NCBI GenBank assembly: GCA_029953675.1
Contig: JAMWBK010000005.1
Location: forward strand, 1,984,001-2,048,000
DNA: 64,000 nucleotides
Reading direction: 5' to 3'
Source: Rhodosorus marinus CCMP1338
Taxonomy: Eukaryota; Plantae; Rhodophyta
This document shows, piece after piece, positions 35,959-49,444 of this stretch (the first letter of the stretch is position 1; every line of letters starts with the position of its first letter). The notes beneath the pieces are model-generated. The model did not search any database and was not told the origin of the DNA. It worked only from the letters and a program-made list of their open reading frames with translations. Made by a program: the position numbers and the translations under genes.

Positions 35959-37447
35959 GTGATGGGGTTCGTTGGGGTAGTTGGAATTAATAAGCGAGGA
36001 ATTTCAGGAGTAATTCAGAAGCGCCCTTTGAGAATCGTGACGGCACAAGCTGAAACTTCGCCATGGAGTGGATCCCAGGGCGACGATATGAATAATCCTG
36101 GAGCAGAGCGTTTCGTGAACGAAGCCGCCAATCAGGTGGATGATGGTGTCTTCTCTGAGGGACCTCTGCTTCCTCCGAGGTTGGTTAGAGTAGAGAAGGA
36201 GAAGAGAGAAAGTGAAAAGAGCGGTTTTTGGAGAATTATTGTTCTCGGTGGCCTCTTCTTGAGCTGGTATGCGTCTAACACGGCTTTCAATGTTTTCAAC
36301 AAGCAAGTCTTGAAGGTTTACCCATACCCCTTGACATGCACTATGGTGCAGTTCCTCGTCGGATCTATCATGATGGCGTCCTTGTGGGTGTTTAGACTTC
36401 GTCGAATACCGGTTGTCGATTGGGATTCGATCCGAACGTTGGGACTACTTTCCGCGCTTCATGCGAGTGGATTCTACCTCACCAACGCGAGTTTGGGCTC
36501 CGTTTCAATCGCCTTTACGCACACAGTGAAATCCACGGAGCCATTCTTTTCCGTAGCGTTGTCGCCGTCGCTTCTAGGCGAGGTAAGAAGCAAAACTCGC
36601 TCCGAAAATAGGCCGCCTAAAACATGATTCAAGAGGGCAGGACATCGATGTTGAATAGGGTTTTTTAACACGTATCTTACTCTCTGCAGGTACCAACGTG
36701 GGGCGTGTTGGCCACCCTGGTTCCAATCGTTTTCGGTGTGGGACTTGCCTCAGCTACGGAGGCGAGCTTTACTTGGTTTGGGTTTGTGACGGCTATGGGC
36801 TCGAATTTGTGCCTTCAAGGCCGGAATTTGATTTCCAAGCGGTTCATGAAGAAAGGAGAGAGCAGCATTGACAACGTCAATCTGTTCTCGTTGATTAGCA
36901 TTGGTGCTTTCCTTATTCTCCTGCCGATTTCATCAATTGTGGAAGGTCCTGCCGCTGTTTCGGCGATCAGCGCACTGAACGTGCCTTTCCGGACCCTTGT
37001 GGAGTGAGTACAGCAGACTACCCAACGCAGGCAGTCAACCGCGACCTCGGCAGACCGCCTGACCCGTCTTTCGAAAACATAGCAACGTCCAGCCCGTCGG
37101 CTGACACGCTGCCTACCTTGTCTCGTAATCGCAGGAAACTGTTCTACGGAGGATTCTTTCGCTGCGTAGATGTGCTGACCTCATATATGATCTTGAAGCA
37201 AGTTTCGCCGGTGACCCATTCGGTTGGGAACTGTGTGAAGAGAGCTATTGTTATTACTTCCTCAGTGATCCTGTTCAGGACCGCGATTTCTCCGGTGAAC
37301 ATTTTCGGTACTTCGTTGGCGCTATTGGGCGTCCTCGTGTATTCCCTTGTGGTTGTTGGCTGCAAGCAGAATAAGTTTGGACCTGACAGCCCACTGTGCA
37401 GACCTGTTTACGAGGAGCTCGACTTGGTGGAGGGCGCCGGTATCTAA
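35959..37447 (+). CDS. PPT: Plastid phosphate translocator, PPT-like (TPT family)
   Basis: MMGFVG transit peptide; [78 protein letters not shown] (NCVKR typical of PPT); 2 introns. Confidence 0.85.
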
Positions 37448-37943
37448 TGGAGGGGGGCAGAGCCAGACATCCTGAAAGTGCGAGCGTGGATGTTGTAGCC
37501 CCGTGAAAATAGCGAGAAGTCCCACTTTCGAGCGAACGCTGTTGAGCGGCCCCATGCACAGGTTTTGTTAACTGATGAATCTCGATTCATTGCAAAGACT
37601 AACAGTCGAAAAAGCGGAATAAAGAAGGCCAAAGATTCGACATTTAAGGGGCAGAGCTTGGACCAAGCCTCACCGGGGCTTTCACGTGTCTTGAGCTTGG
37701 ACAGCCCGTTGCCTGTAGACCATGTCTTTAAACTGGCTTTCATGAAGATGCGTAGCAACGCGTGCTTCACCCGAAGAAGGAATTCTGGCCAGCTTCAAGT
37801 TCCAGTCAAGGCTTTTCCGATATCGACCGCACAGAAGCGGTCAAGACCTATGAACCTTGCTGGCTCTCCAAAATACTAGCCTCGTCCGGTGGACCCCGCT
37901 GCCAGACCTATGTCTGCCCGGTTAGCTGATTTCTCCAAACGAC

Positions 37944-40026
37944 TCACAAATCAAGCCCAAATACGTCATCACTTCCACCCCCTTGTGGGTTGCCACCTCC
38001 TTGACCATCACCGTCCAGCTTATTTACGTCAGTTGAACCTGAAGGAGCGCCTTATACATACGACAAAGATCCAAAACGTCGATTGAGTATCGTCACCGTC
38101 GAGGAGCAAGGCACCCGGACCTACTCCATTTGAGCTAGGACTAGGTCAAGTCGGTTTTAGCTAAGGATAAAAGTTGGCGAGGTTGGGCAAGCTCACCATT
38201 ACCTCCTCCGTCTATGTTTTCCCAACAATAGGTTTCCAGTGGGTCAGCGGACAAACAAGAAAGCCCCAGATAGGTACGGTCAGAAGGGGTAGATTCCTGT
38301 TGCTATTTTCGACCACGTCCTGCAGGTGAAGAATACACTCTCTACCTTACCGAACGCTAGATTGACGTTGGCCATTCCATCGTCATCATATTTTTGTCCA
38401 AAAGGATTACTGTCTGGTGAGCCACCCCCTGAATCGGCCTTTGACTTGACCTTCGGCATCTGAGACGTGGCGGAGTGAAAGTTGAAGCTTTTTCAGAGTT
38501 TGGTCGACGCAGGTTTGGTCGACGTGGACGTGGAATTCGAGACTTACAGGTGCGTGTTTAGGCTGACCAAAGGGAACTTTGGGGAGAGACTCCTGCACGT
38601 GCTGAGGGAGAGTGTCGTTCATTTCAGCTTCTTTCTTCGCTTCCTCAACGTTCTTGGATACTGCAGAACGGTAAGTCCTTGCGTCGAGGGATAAAGACTT
38701 GACGTGGGGATAAAACTGATGATACGACGTGTTGACTCCCCGTATGAACTTGTTTGATGCGTAAAAGTGCGTTTCAATTTTTTGGCAAACCTCTGCTCGG
38801 AAGAATGAAATTGAGAAGTTATCAATCGTCAATTGGGGTTCCATACACACAAAAGTAACACATTTCGCTTTCGCGTTCGCCTTCCACTCCGCCGAAGGTG
38901 TAGAAAATAGTCTGCATACCTTCTCTGTACTGCTTTTCGAAGTGCAGCGAAGCCTCTGTCAAGCGATCAGAATACTCTTCATACCTTGCGCGGGCGTCTT
39001 CAACTCGATCAAGAGTCTGACGGGATGGTTCGTTGCCACCAGCGCACTCCCTTTCATAGTCGATCATTGCGTCCTGAATCAGTTGACGATAAATACCAGA
39101 TGTTTAGGAGTCGCCATAAGCAAATACCAGCCTCGCTTTCAGGATACTTTTGAAAGTTTTGAAGCTGAAGCACTAGGTCGACCGTGGTACCAGTATGAAA
39201 AGACGCTGAACAGCAACTCACCGAGTACTGAGTTCTGACGTGCTTGTACTCATCTTTCCGAACTTGAATTTGCTTAACCCGTTTCTCCTCTTCGCTGGTA
39301 CCCAGAGTGAGAGGCGTTTTGATTGAGTCCATCAGTGATTGGACATACGTATCTCGAGCAGTTTTCAAGTTGGTGACAAACCCGCTCGCCTGAAAATGGG
39401 AACGAGCTGATTGAGACTATCGACTGGGTAGGGATAGCTGGAATCAGTGGTGAGTGGCGTACTGCCTCATCCATTTCATGGATAGCCGCCTTTTCCTCCC
39501 CGTCGTAAATTCTAATGAACTCTTCCTTCTCCTCATCCCACTCCCGGGTACCCATTTCCTCCTTCCAAACATCCAACATCAACTCGTTAAGCGTTGTTGC
39601 AGTTTCTATCAAGTGGTTCAGCTGATTTTTCAATTTCTCCGATTTCTGAGAAACGTTGTGTTTGTTCTTATTAATCTTCTCGATCCTATTCAGGTAGAAA
39701 CAACACGACGCATAAACCAGCGCAATTGTCAAAGCAGACAGCAACGTCGTGTTCGTTCAGTTCAACCTCCTGACCAAGCCACTCAAGCCCAACTTCCTTG
39801 AACAGAGGGCGGCAAAAAAATGGAGAGCCACGAACCGTTTACTGATATAGTCCACCCTCGGATTCTTCGTTAACGTGGTCCTTTTTCCAATCTTGTTGAG
39901 CACTCGCTGCTTTGCCTTCGCGTAGTATCCACCAATCTTTCCTCCCTTTCCGCCTCCACTTTTTCCAGTAGATGCAGACAACCTGTCATCGTCGCTTCCA
40001 TAATCAACTACTTCCCTTTCAGACAT
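37944..40026 (-). CDS. BAR-domain (amphiphysin-like) protein with low-complexity tail; 3' end uncertain
   Basis: KAKQRVLNKIGKRTTLTKNP resembles the amphiphysin N-BAR start; long helical exons (KLKNQLNHLIETATTL; DYERE...ARARYEEYSDRL); Gly/Asp-rich tail with SNPFG. Confidence 0.6.
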
Positions 40027-40679
40027 CCTGATCTCTTATCCAAAACCACAAGAAAGCAGTATACCTATACCCTTTCAAACAAACACTTTAAACAACTAAA
40101 ACAGAAACAACTAAAAACCAAAAAAACAAACATATCCTTGTCTGCTCACACACTTCCAAATGAGTAGTCTCAACCCAACTAGTCACCCTGCCTGTCACCC
40201 TCAAGTCAAACAAAATGCGATATATTCGAATTTCCATCTCAAAGAGCGATTCCACGGAATAAATTGCGGATCGTATCAAATTTGGTCCGAGCCAAACTCA
40301 ACCCTCGAAAAAATAGTAAAGTAATAAAATTTACATGGAAATATCTTGGATGGTTAACGACCGTCATCATATGGATGTTGGAGAGAGCGAGAGACGTTTG
40401 CGCTGGATAGCCTGACGACTGACTTTCACTAGGGTGTTAAAAGTTTCAAGCTCATTCTGATCGCATCCAACGACGCTTGGGAGAGGTCTGCTCTTGTAGA
40501 CGTAGAATCTGTTGGTGTTCTTCGATGGCGAGTCTTTGCTGTGAATCAAGATTCATCGGGTTAACAAAACCTGCCGCTCAACGTAGTTGGTTCAAAATTA
40601 GGAACCTTTCTCTTCAACGCCTAGACAGCGTCAATCGTCTCAACAAGTGTTAAGGCTCTGCCTGAAAAACCGAGAACAC

Positions 40680-40735
40680 TACAGCGGGCACCCCCTAAAA
40701 CACTGTCTGGAGTGTTTTAGGGGGTGCCCCCTGTA
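40680..40735. repeat. Perfect 19-bp inverted repeat (hairpin) with 6-nt loop
   Basis: GGGCACCCCCTAAAACACT (40686-40704) / GTCTGG / AGTGTTTTAGGGGGTGCCC (40711-40729); extends 5 more bp after one mismatch. Confidence 0.95.
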
Positions 40736-41301
40736 CCGTTTGCCGAAACACATAAACACCCAGCCTGACTATCCTCGAGGTTCTCTGTTTTACGTTTCTG
40801 GATGCTCTCGTTTAGGTGATTGCTCAGGTTGGTTTAGATGAACGTCTTTGCCCCACTGGAATTCGACCAAAATTCATCTCCCGACGAACCCTCAGCCTCC
40901 TTCACGCTGAGCAGATATAAGACAACTATCTTATCCGCTCTGGCCCACAATCACGTTCTCTGACTGTGTGGGCAACATCAGGTCTCCTGCTCACGTCCAC
41001 ACGACAGATGAAATTCCTCCAACGTTTTGTCTCAGTCAGTGCGACGTCTAGACCTAGACAAGACATTATCCTCGCCATGTAAGAGCAACTAGTTTCCGCT
41101 ACGAGGGACGACAAGCACTGTTTTGCGGTTGTTGTTCTAAATCATCGTCGTGATTGATGTGCAAACGTTATTCATACGTAGCATCCCTGAGGGAGCATGG
41201 AGGGAGACCCCGATGAGTGTCGCGTCCAACAATAAAGCAGCGTTAGAACGCCAGAGTGTCAAGGACAGCTCCGCGAGGAGGTTGTCAAGACCTCCGGGAC
41301 A

Positions 41302-41484
41302 ATTTTACTAAAGACACGGCAAGGCCAGCGAGAAGCAACACTGTCTAAACGTCCAAAGCAGAAACCGATGAGACAAAGGTAGGGTAAGGTGGCCATTTTA
41401 CTAAAGCACATCAAAGCCACCGGGAAGCAACACGGTCTAAAAGACCAAAGCACTCGATAATGAACATTAGAAACCGATGAGACA
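41302..41484 (+). repeat. Degenerate direct repeat, two copies (~74 and ~90 nt)
   Basis: Both copies read ATTTTACTAAAG..CA..C..GAAGCAACAC.GTCTAAA.G.CCAAAGCA..AGAAACCGATGAGACA (41302-41375; 41395-41484). Confidence 0.8.
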
Positions 41485-41997
41485 GCGCCAAGTACCAAAA
41501 GGTTTGATCAGTCATTGCCTCACCGTATTTGAGACTCGTTCTAATAATACCTCTGGAACTGGAACTTCTACGTACTTCTTCCATCAAAACGACACTGTTT
41601 TTGATGTTTCTCCTGAACCGGCGGCTTTTTAGGGGAATCTGTTCGTTTTCTAAGCATTGGATTGGGGGAATTTCGGGTTGATTTTCTTCTCAGTTTCCAG
41701 TTGGTTTTGCATAACAATTGTCTTCGATAGAATTCGGCAAAAAAGTTTTTGAAAAATGGAGTTTTCTCGTTGGCGGGGGAAATAGTCGGTGGGCCTTTTT
41801 CTGCCTATCAGGGTGGTTGGGACCTGCAGAAGGAGAGCAATGTGGCAGATAGCGATGAGAAAGTTAGAAGGATCTTAGATGTGTCAGATGGAGATGCGAA
41901 ACGTCCCGGACTTTTTTGCGAGTATTGATGACATGTGTTTGGAGAGAGATTTTCACGCTGGGTGAGGAGTAAATCTTTGTACCACGGGCGTGTGACA

Positions 41998-44452
41998 ATG
42001 CCCTTAAATTACGAGAGAATGTTGAGGAAACTGTGGCCTGCTCGGAGCGGGTCCAGCGGCCGTCAGCGCTTTTTGGGGGGAGCGAAGAAGCGCCAGGGCG
42101 TTAGAATAAGCTGTTCCTACAGGATTCTTCTGATTTGCTTCCTTTTTTGCACGGGTTTCACTTGGCTCCATCTATGGATTCGTCCGAGTAAGCTGGAACC
42201 TTGCAGCACGGGTCGGCAGGTCCACAGTCTAGAAAATTTCAACGTGTTCAACTTTCTCTAACCACAGTGTTCTGGCGCGTTATTTTCTTTGAGGCACCGT
42301 ATTGGGCAAAGCTGAAACAATCGCTTCAAACTCGCGCGAGAAGAACACGGATGCGGACAAAATCATTCAGGTCGGAAACAGCCTCCGAGCAGGTTGCGGT
42401 GTCGTCCGGATTTTCGAATCAATCTGACCTTTATCATGGTGGTTACAAAACTCAGGAACTCCTGGAATACGATTCATACGAGCCGGTCAATATATCAGCA
42501 GACTGGAGGCTCCCGTTTAGCCCTGTTGTATCTAGCGTTCGACCGGATGTTGACCAATTTAAGGGTGTGAAAAAGGTAGCATACGCAAGAGTACCCTGCA
42601 TTTTCTGCAGTTCGTCAGGCCGTGCTTGAGTTCTTCCCTCTCCACCCTTCTCACTACCGCCGATCTCGTCCCTTAGCTTCTCCTTCTCGATGTAAACGTG
42701 ACGGCGCTGAACAGCGAACTCTGGAAGACCAACGTCTCGACTTTGAAAACCATGAACTCTCGAGTGCTCGCGGAAGTAGGACCTGTATGTGCCGCAGGCA
42801 AACGACGTGTTCATGATTACAGCCGACTACAGAAGCCCGAAGTTTGCGAAATGTACCTTGGGACGGAGAAGGTCGGATCCATAAGCGGACCGGCGTGTGA
42901 TCAGCTTTTCGTTGATGAATTGGAGAGTGTGTTCGGAGAGGGTTACTTTCTGAAAAGAAACAACTGGGAGGACTTGAGGCGCGATGGGGTAAAATGGAGA
43001 AAGCCATCAGTGCTTGTTCCGAAGTATAAATGGCTTTACAACATATGTCACTTTGGACGTGTTTCTCTTTTTCTCCTGCACGTGCACTGGAACCATGAGC
43101 GTTACGGCCTCTTTCGTCCGGAGGAGTCCTTTTTTCTATCAAACACGGTAAGAAACGCGTCTTCTACAGTGAACGGAACGGAATTTGGCACAGCCCGTTC
43201 GAGCTGTTTGTTGAAACTTGCGGTGCCTTGCTACAGGCCGATAAAACGGCCTGGCATCATGGAATGCTCCAGGTAATCAATGAGCGGCTCGCGCCCGTAT
43301 ACCGAGTGGGCACGGAAGTAACTAATTTAGCACCTTTGTGCTTCGAAAAAGCCGTTCTCCTCGGAGGTGAAGGGCAGCCGTGGGCAATGCAGTTCCTGAA
43401 TGATACCGAGGTTATTAAGGACTTTGAGAAAAGACTGGACGTTCATGTGCCGAGGTTACCGATCGGTTTGCATACTGGCACAAAGCAAACCTCTGCGGTA
43501 TCGATGTCCGGGAAGCTAATGCCAAGATTACCTTTTCTCAGATGCGCTCCGCGCTCGCAGGCTTGTTTTCTCGGCGCTGGGTATGGCACATACGTTGCCA
43601 ATCACAACCCCGGGTAGTGGACTAGTGTCGCTTCCCGTTCCTCCGAAGAAGGTGGCCAGAGTTCACCGTAAGGAAACGAACGCCCGTCACCTGGTACCGG
43701 AAACCTCGGACGTGGTCAATTCCGCTCTTAAGAGATCGGCCGAAAATCACGGCTTTGACGTTGTTGACATTAATTTTGACGAGAAAACATTCACCGAACA
43801 GGTGGGGGATTACACCTACGTTCCGGCTCAAAAATGGTCCATCGACGATTCTCTAAACTGACTCCACGTACCGGATGACTCTGGAACAGCTCCACCTCGT
43901 TTCCGACATAGGTTTCATTCTCGGCGTGCACGGTGCCAATTTCCAGAATACCATTTTCGCACCACCTGGATCCACGTTGATGGAGTTTTTCACTTTTAAA
44001 TACGTGGTAAGCAACCGCGTTCTTGTTAGTCTACCCTCTTGCTGCGCGTACATGACCATCTCTCAACGCACTTGTTTGATCGTTAGTTTCCGTATTATCT
44101 GGCAGGCGGCAATTCTGGCCTTCGTTACACCAGCGTAGTCCAGAATCATGACACTGAAGGAAAAGGAGCTTGTCCGTTCACCAAGGCCACGACGAACTGG
44201 GAGACCAAATGCTTCCACTACTATCGTGCTGCGCCTGTGCGCATCGCTGAGGAAGACCTACCCTCGCTAAGGAAGAAAATTTATAGGTCCGTGCGGTACA
44301 TCAGCTCCCTTCACGAACTTGGCGACACCGTGACCTACAAAGTTCAAGGACGTTGGCTCGTGATGGTGGAGGAAGAGCGGGTTCGCCAAATGATCTCAGT
44401 CGAGGAAGACGTGGATATGGAGGATGAATCCGAAGACGAGCATGTCCAGTGA
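41998..44452 (+). CDS. GT61 glycosyltransferase (DUF563), type II membrane protein
   Basis: [21 protein letters not shown]; [54 protein letters not shown]; multi-exon; acidic tail. Confidence 0.85.
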
Positions 44453-45025
44453 GGAGCAGGCAATAATTTACTAATTTCAATTTTGGGCACGATGCCCGCT
44501 CAAACTTGCTTCGCAAAAGTTATTAAAGCCCATCTACTATAATAGCTATTCACGTCGAACCGACATGGCAGTGAGCTAGCTGTCATGTTCGGTCAGCAAA
44601 GGTCCTCAAAAGTCCTCTATGCAAGCGTCTGTACGATTTCGAGTTGGCGGCAAAGCGTTGTCGAGCTTTCGCCTCTGAATGTGATCACGACTGTGAATCA
44701 GTTGCGTTGTGGTGCAAATGCCATGAGAAAACGTTTTAGTGAAGTCCGTTCAGGAGTTTCAGCTCAAACCGATCCCTCCACGCAGCGAGCAGCTCACGGA
44801 CAGGGAGAACGTGATATTTGAGCTCGCGGCCTACACAGCTCACCACTGGTGTTGCCTCTACGGCAGAGCTTAAGATACCCCCTAGCTTTTGCTTTTAGAC
44901 CTCAGCTGAACTCGGGACACACCAGATGTTGGGTTTGAGGGACAAACTAATGTCATACAATCGAAGTGGAGAGGAAAAACGAATGCCATTAACGAAAGCC
45001 GTCCGGACTCTCCACAGGCTGTGAA

Positions 45026-46225
45026 ATGGACGTCCAAGGAGTTATTGAGACCGGTGTAGAAACTGCTTCGTGATGCAGCACCAAGTGCTAGTGGAGAACG
45101 CTGACGCGTGGGATATTCTCGGCGGGGATTTGTTTCGATTTGGGTGAGGATTCGGCCTCAATCCGCTGTTCACGGAGAAGTCCGCTGGTTTGTCCCTTGT
45201 CAGTTCGGTTTTCCCGTTTCGGGAAGGAAGAGTCTTGACATTCTTGTATATGAAACTGCAGGTTTATAGCTGAAGATACGATACTGGAGAATTTAGCGTC
45301 CAAGAGAAAGACTCTGGATGTTGCAAGGCTTTTGTTAAACGCCCTCGGCAGCGAGAGAGACAATCCCGTGGAAGCAGTTCGACGACTTGGACTGAAAAAA
45401 CCCTCAGCTCAGACATCGAATGATCGGCTCGTTCTCCTAAGATTTCTCGTGACGGAATTTCAGCTCAAAAAATGTTGCTTCCAGGTATGTGATCCGAGCA
45501 AACACAACTTACATGCTGAAGTGTGTGGGGCTGATTCGATCGCCGATCTTACACATTGATTCGCCTCTCCATAGTCTCGGAAACAGCAACTTCCAGAGCT
45601 TAGGTACGATCTTGAGAGTATTTCAGATTCTCTAGGTCTCAAACTCGAAAAGTCCGAAGATGACCTGCTCCGGAACTGTATCCGAACGATACAGGAGCAA
45701 GGTATTGACAAGTGGCGTTGTGAGCTGCTTTTAAGTACTTTCGACATTAGCATTCAAGAGGTTTGTTACCTGGTTCCAGAGGTTCCTTGATATCCCGCCT
45801 CGGGACTCCAGCGTCTCTACCGTCGTGTAAACTTGCCCTTCCCCATTGCACGTTCGTAGGTGGAAGCTACTACAGGCTTTATGGAATTTGTGAGCGACAG
45901 TAGGCGTGAGTTCTGGCGCAGGGGGGAAATTCTGTTTCAACGCTTTGATGCGACACTTGACGCATTCATCAGCACACCAAAGAAGCACAGAAAAACTGCG
46001 GGAAAGCATCTACTGAGTACAATCACACAGCAACGTATGAGGGTTAGAAACCTGAGGCCGGTATCTGTTTACGAAGCGTTTGCTTCGACTACCGATTCCC
46101 TTGACGTCGTTGTCTCAGGGAAAGCAAATCAATCTCATAAGTCAACACCGAAGTCGTTTCTGATGGGCCCAGTTCCTGACCGTGGAGGAAGACACTCTGC
46201 GCGCACAGATGCATCCAAAACTTGA
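45026..46225 (+). CDS. FAM98: FAM98-family protein (DUF2465); start uncertain
   Basis: Exons give DRLVLLRFLVTEFQ, then EFWRRGEILFQRFDATLDAF...VYEAFAS...KSFLMGPVPDRGGR, matching the FAM98 RR.ML..RLDVT..SF and LMG.VPDRGGR motifs. Confidence 0.8.
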
Positions 46226-47558
46226 GGACACCCGTCGTACATTCCCAGTCAACATGTTGGCGAATTAGGTGAATGTCTCGGGCCATACCAAGCCGATGTT
46301 ATACACAAATCGTTGAGCTCGAAACCGATGGACACAAGGCAAGGATCCCGCACGATAGTTGCATCATAGCTTCAGCCAAAACAAATCAAAGTAGGTTGAG
46401 CAAAAAAATCTACCTTCCAGTTTCAATATTTGAATGCTTCTCTAATGTTTGACATCCTCTTTTGGACCACGTCACTGTCAGAAACGTGAGCTGTGCAGTC
46501 CATAGGACCTCACTACATCCCATCTGACGAAAGCACCTCAGTTATTCCTGTGAGAATCTGTTGATTGGCAAACGTCCAGGATCACTTCAAGTCGCTGCTC
46601 CTCGCAACACAACCGCTTGCTCTCGTAAGTGGGAGAGCGAATTCTGAGGCAGAAATCCTTCCGCATGAGTCTACCGTCATCACTCCATTCCTGCACGTTC
46701 CGAAGAACGGCGCTGCTACTAATGTGCACGGAGCTCTGCTACATTCTCTCGATGGTCTCTACAGCCTAAGCCACTCAGGGAGAGCGCAGCCGCTTAGCCC
46801 CGACCCTTATAGAAGCGCGTTATTTTTCTAAGATCTTTCGGTATAGAAATCATTGCAAAAGCACTTCTTGCGGCAATCGCTCCGACCTTGCCTCTTCAGA
46901 GCTGCCGGTCGACAAAAAAAACACAGGACAATAAATCGCTCTTGGCTCTCAGCACTCGATCTCACCCACAGCTATAGCGAAGCAAGCATCCTGACACAGG
47001 CAGAAGACTTGTCCTCAGCATCCTCTAATCTACTCATAAAAACTGGTGTTCTCTCGTAGACTCTAAGCCACCGAACGCAGCAAGCCGCATCAGACTCCTC
47101 TAACCTACCACAGCGCTCTTCCCCCAGAGTGTACGCCGCTAAGCACTCAGCACAATGGCTCTCTAAGAGTCATTTAAGTGTCAAGAGCATATCAATCGTT
47201 TTCGTACTATATATCATTTTATTTATATGTTAGGACGAAATAAAAACAGTTGATTGAATTAATGAGTGACTATTAAGGATTAGTCTTCTTATTGATGATG
47301 GAGATTTTTGGTAGGGCAATATTAGGGCGAAAGGGCTATGGCATCAGGGCTGCCGGGGTGAGGACAGGTTGTAGGGATGAGAGTTTTTCTTGACTTATAG
47401 CTCGAATCTTCTATCTGGTCTGCATGGAAGAAGGAGCAAAGATCATGAAGGCGTTGCGTCCGACGGGTTGAAGGTGTGCTGTGCGCTTTCGGTTTGAGTA
47501 GGCTTTGGAATGTGTTCGTGCATTGTGAATCTTTTTTAGGTGTCTCGGACATTTAACC

Positions 47559-49444
47559 ATGGTTGAATACTTGAATAGAGATGAGCGAATGCTGCGGTAT
47601 CTGGATAAACCCGGACAGCAATTCCTTGTTATGTTGCTGATTCACCAACAAGAGGAGGTTGATCGGGACGATGTGCTAGAGATTGCCCGGAGACTTACCG
47701 AATGTGAGCGATTCAAGAGAGTGAGTTTTGACGAAAAGTACAACCAAGAAAGAACGCATCACGAAATTTCTTAGGCGCTGCATGACATTCTCTGACTGGT
47801 ATCCTGATCGCCGTAGGCAATCGTGGAACGAGGGCGATGGAAAGTGCCGAGCTTTGAAGGCGCTGAAGTTGTTCTGGAAGACCATGTCAGAATGCATGAT
47901 TTTACCTCGCTCAAGGAGAAAGAGGAATACTTGGATGTATATATGTCAAAGTTGGCGGAGTTGCGTGGAGAAGATTTTGATGAAGGGAAGCCCCTGTGGC
48001 GGATTGACGTGATCACACCGTAAGTATACCACACAACGAGCCTGATAGGACAATCGCCTACCACAGAAACGAGCTTCGATCTGGTGTTGACGAAACATTG
48101 ATGGACTACTGTCTTACCACACCCAGGGGTCTACGTGGCGGCTCAACGTGCATATTTCAGTTCCACCACTGCTTGTCGGATGGTATGGGTCTGGTCCTGT
48201 TCGCGGTCAAGAACATTGTGGATAAGGATCCGCTCTTGGTTGAAGAAATCTCGGATCGGGTTGACTCCATTGTTCGAAAGCGTCGAGGAGGCTCCCTCGG
48301 CACCAGACTGCTTAGAGGCCTGCACTATTTTGAGTCCTACATGTACGCCCTCGGCAGCGTTTTCACTCACCTCGTCATACCAGACGCTTCTATGCCGAGC
48401 TCTCCGTTTCGAGGGAAACACGTGGACAGCAATAAATGGGTAAGCAACTGTCCTAGTATCCATAACGTTCTCCAAATCGATTTTCTGAACGCTTTGTTCC
48501 TCAACATGGGTTCCTAGTCAATGGCCTGGAGCGATCCAATACCTTTCGCAGGGGTTAAAAATGTGTCAGCGCAGGTACGTAGTGGATACGAAGGTCCGAC
48601 AATTTGTGGATTACAGATTATACGAACACCGACGAAATGCTTAAGGACTGGCTTTCTCTCGTTTCTATACTGCAACAGCTGAACTGTACCGTAAACCAGT
48701 GCTTCTTGGGTGCTCTCGGAGGCGCAGTACGATCCTACATGATACAGGAGGGCTTTCCCACCGATGGACGTGTAAACTTTGCGATGTCGGTGTTTTCAAA
48801 CTCTAGCGTCAACATGTCTTCCTCAAAAATCTGTAACAATGTAGCCTTTCCAGTTTACGCACTTGGAGTTCATATAGAGGACACGGAGCAGCGAATCCAG
48901 TATCTTCAGGGCCATACAAAACGTCTTCATCGGGGAGGACATGCTGCTATGGTGAAGCACGGCTTAAAATGTTGTGGACTTCTTCCCCGAGAAACCGCTG
49001 TGCCAGTCTTCAATGGTCTGTGCCGAGGGACGTCGTTGGCCATATCAAACGTTCACGGGCCAGTGACGGTAAGTTGAACCCCAGTTTTTAATCCTTCAAC
49101 CATTCTCTCCCTGATCAAATCCCTACCCCCCATGCTTATCTTTTTCTCATCTTTGCATCCCACCTCAGCAACTGTCCGTGTTGGACAACCCTGTGAACCA
49201 GATAGAAGCGATCATACCTTGTGGTGGTGGGATGGGTGTCACGATGTCGTTCTTAACGTATCGAGGAAGTATAGGTATCACTTCCTCCGGGACCGGATTG
49301 AGTCCATCAGGACACAAGCTTTTGGTAGCATTGCTGAGCGAAGAATTCAAGCTGCTTACCGGTCGGAGAAGGCAGAGAGCCCCTGGGAATGGACTTCGTC
49401 TGCCACTTGTAGTAGATGAAACGGCTCACCGCTCCTTCAATTGA
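47559..49444 (+). CDS. Wax-ester synthase / diacylglycerol acyltransferase (WS/DGAT)
   Basis: FDEGKPLWRIDVI, FQFHHCLSDGMGL (HHxxxDG), CTVNQCFLGALGGAVRSY, NNVAF, SLAISNVHGP, TMSFLTYRGSI; multi-exon. Confidence 0.85.
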
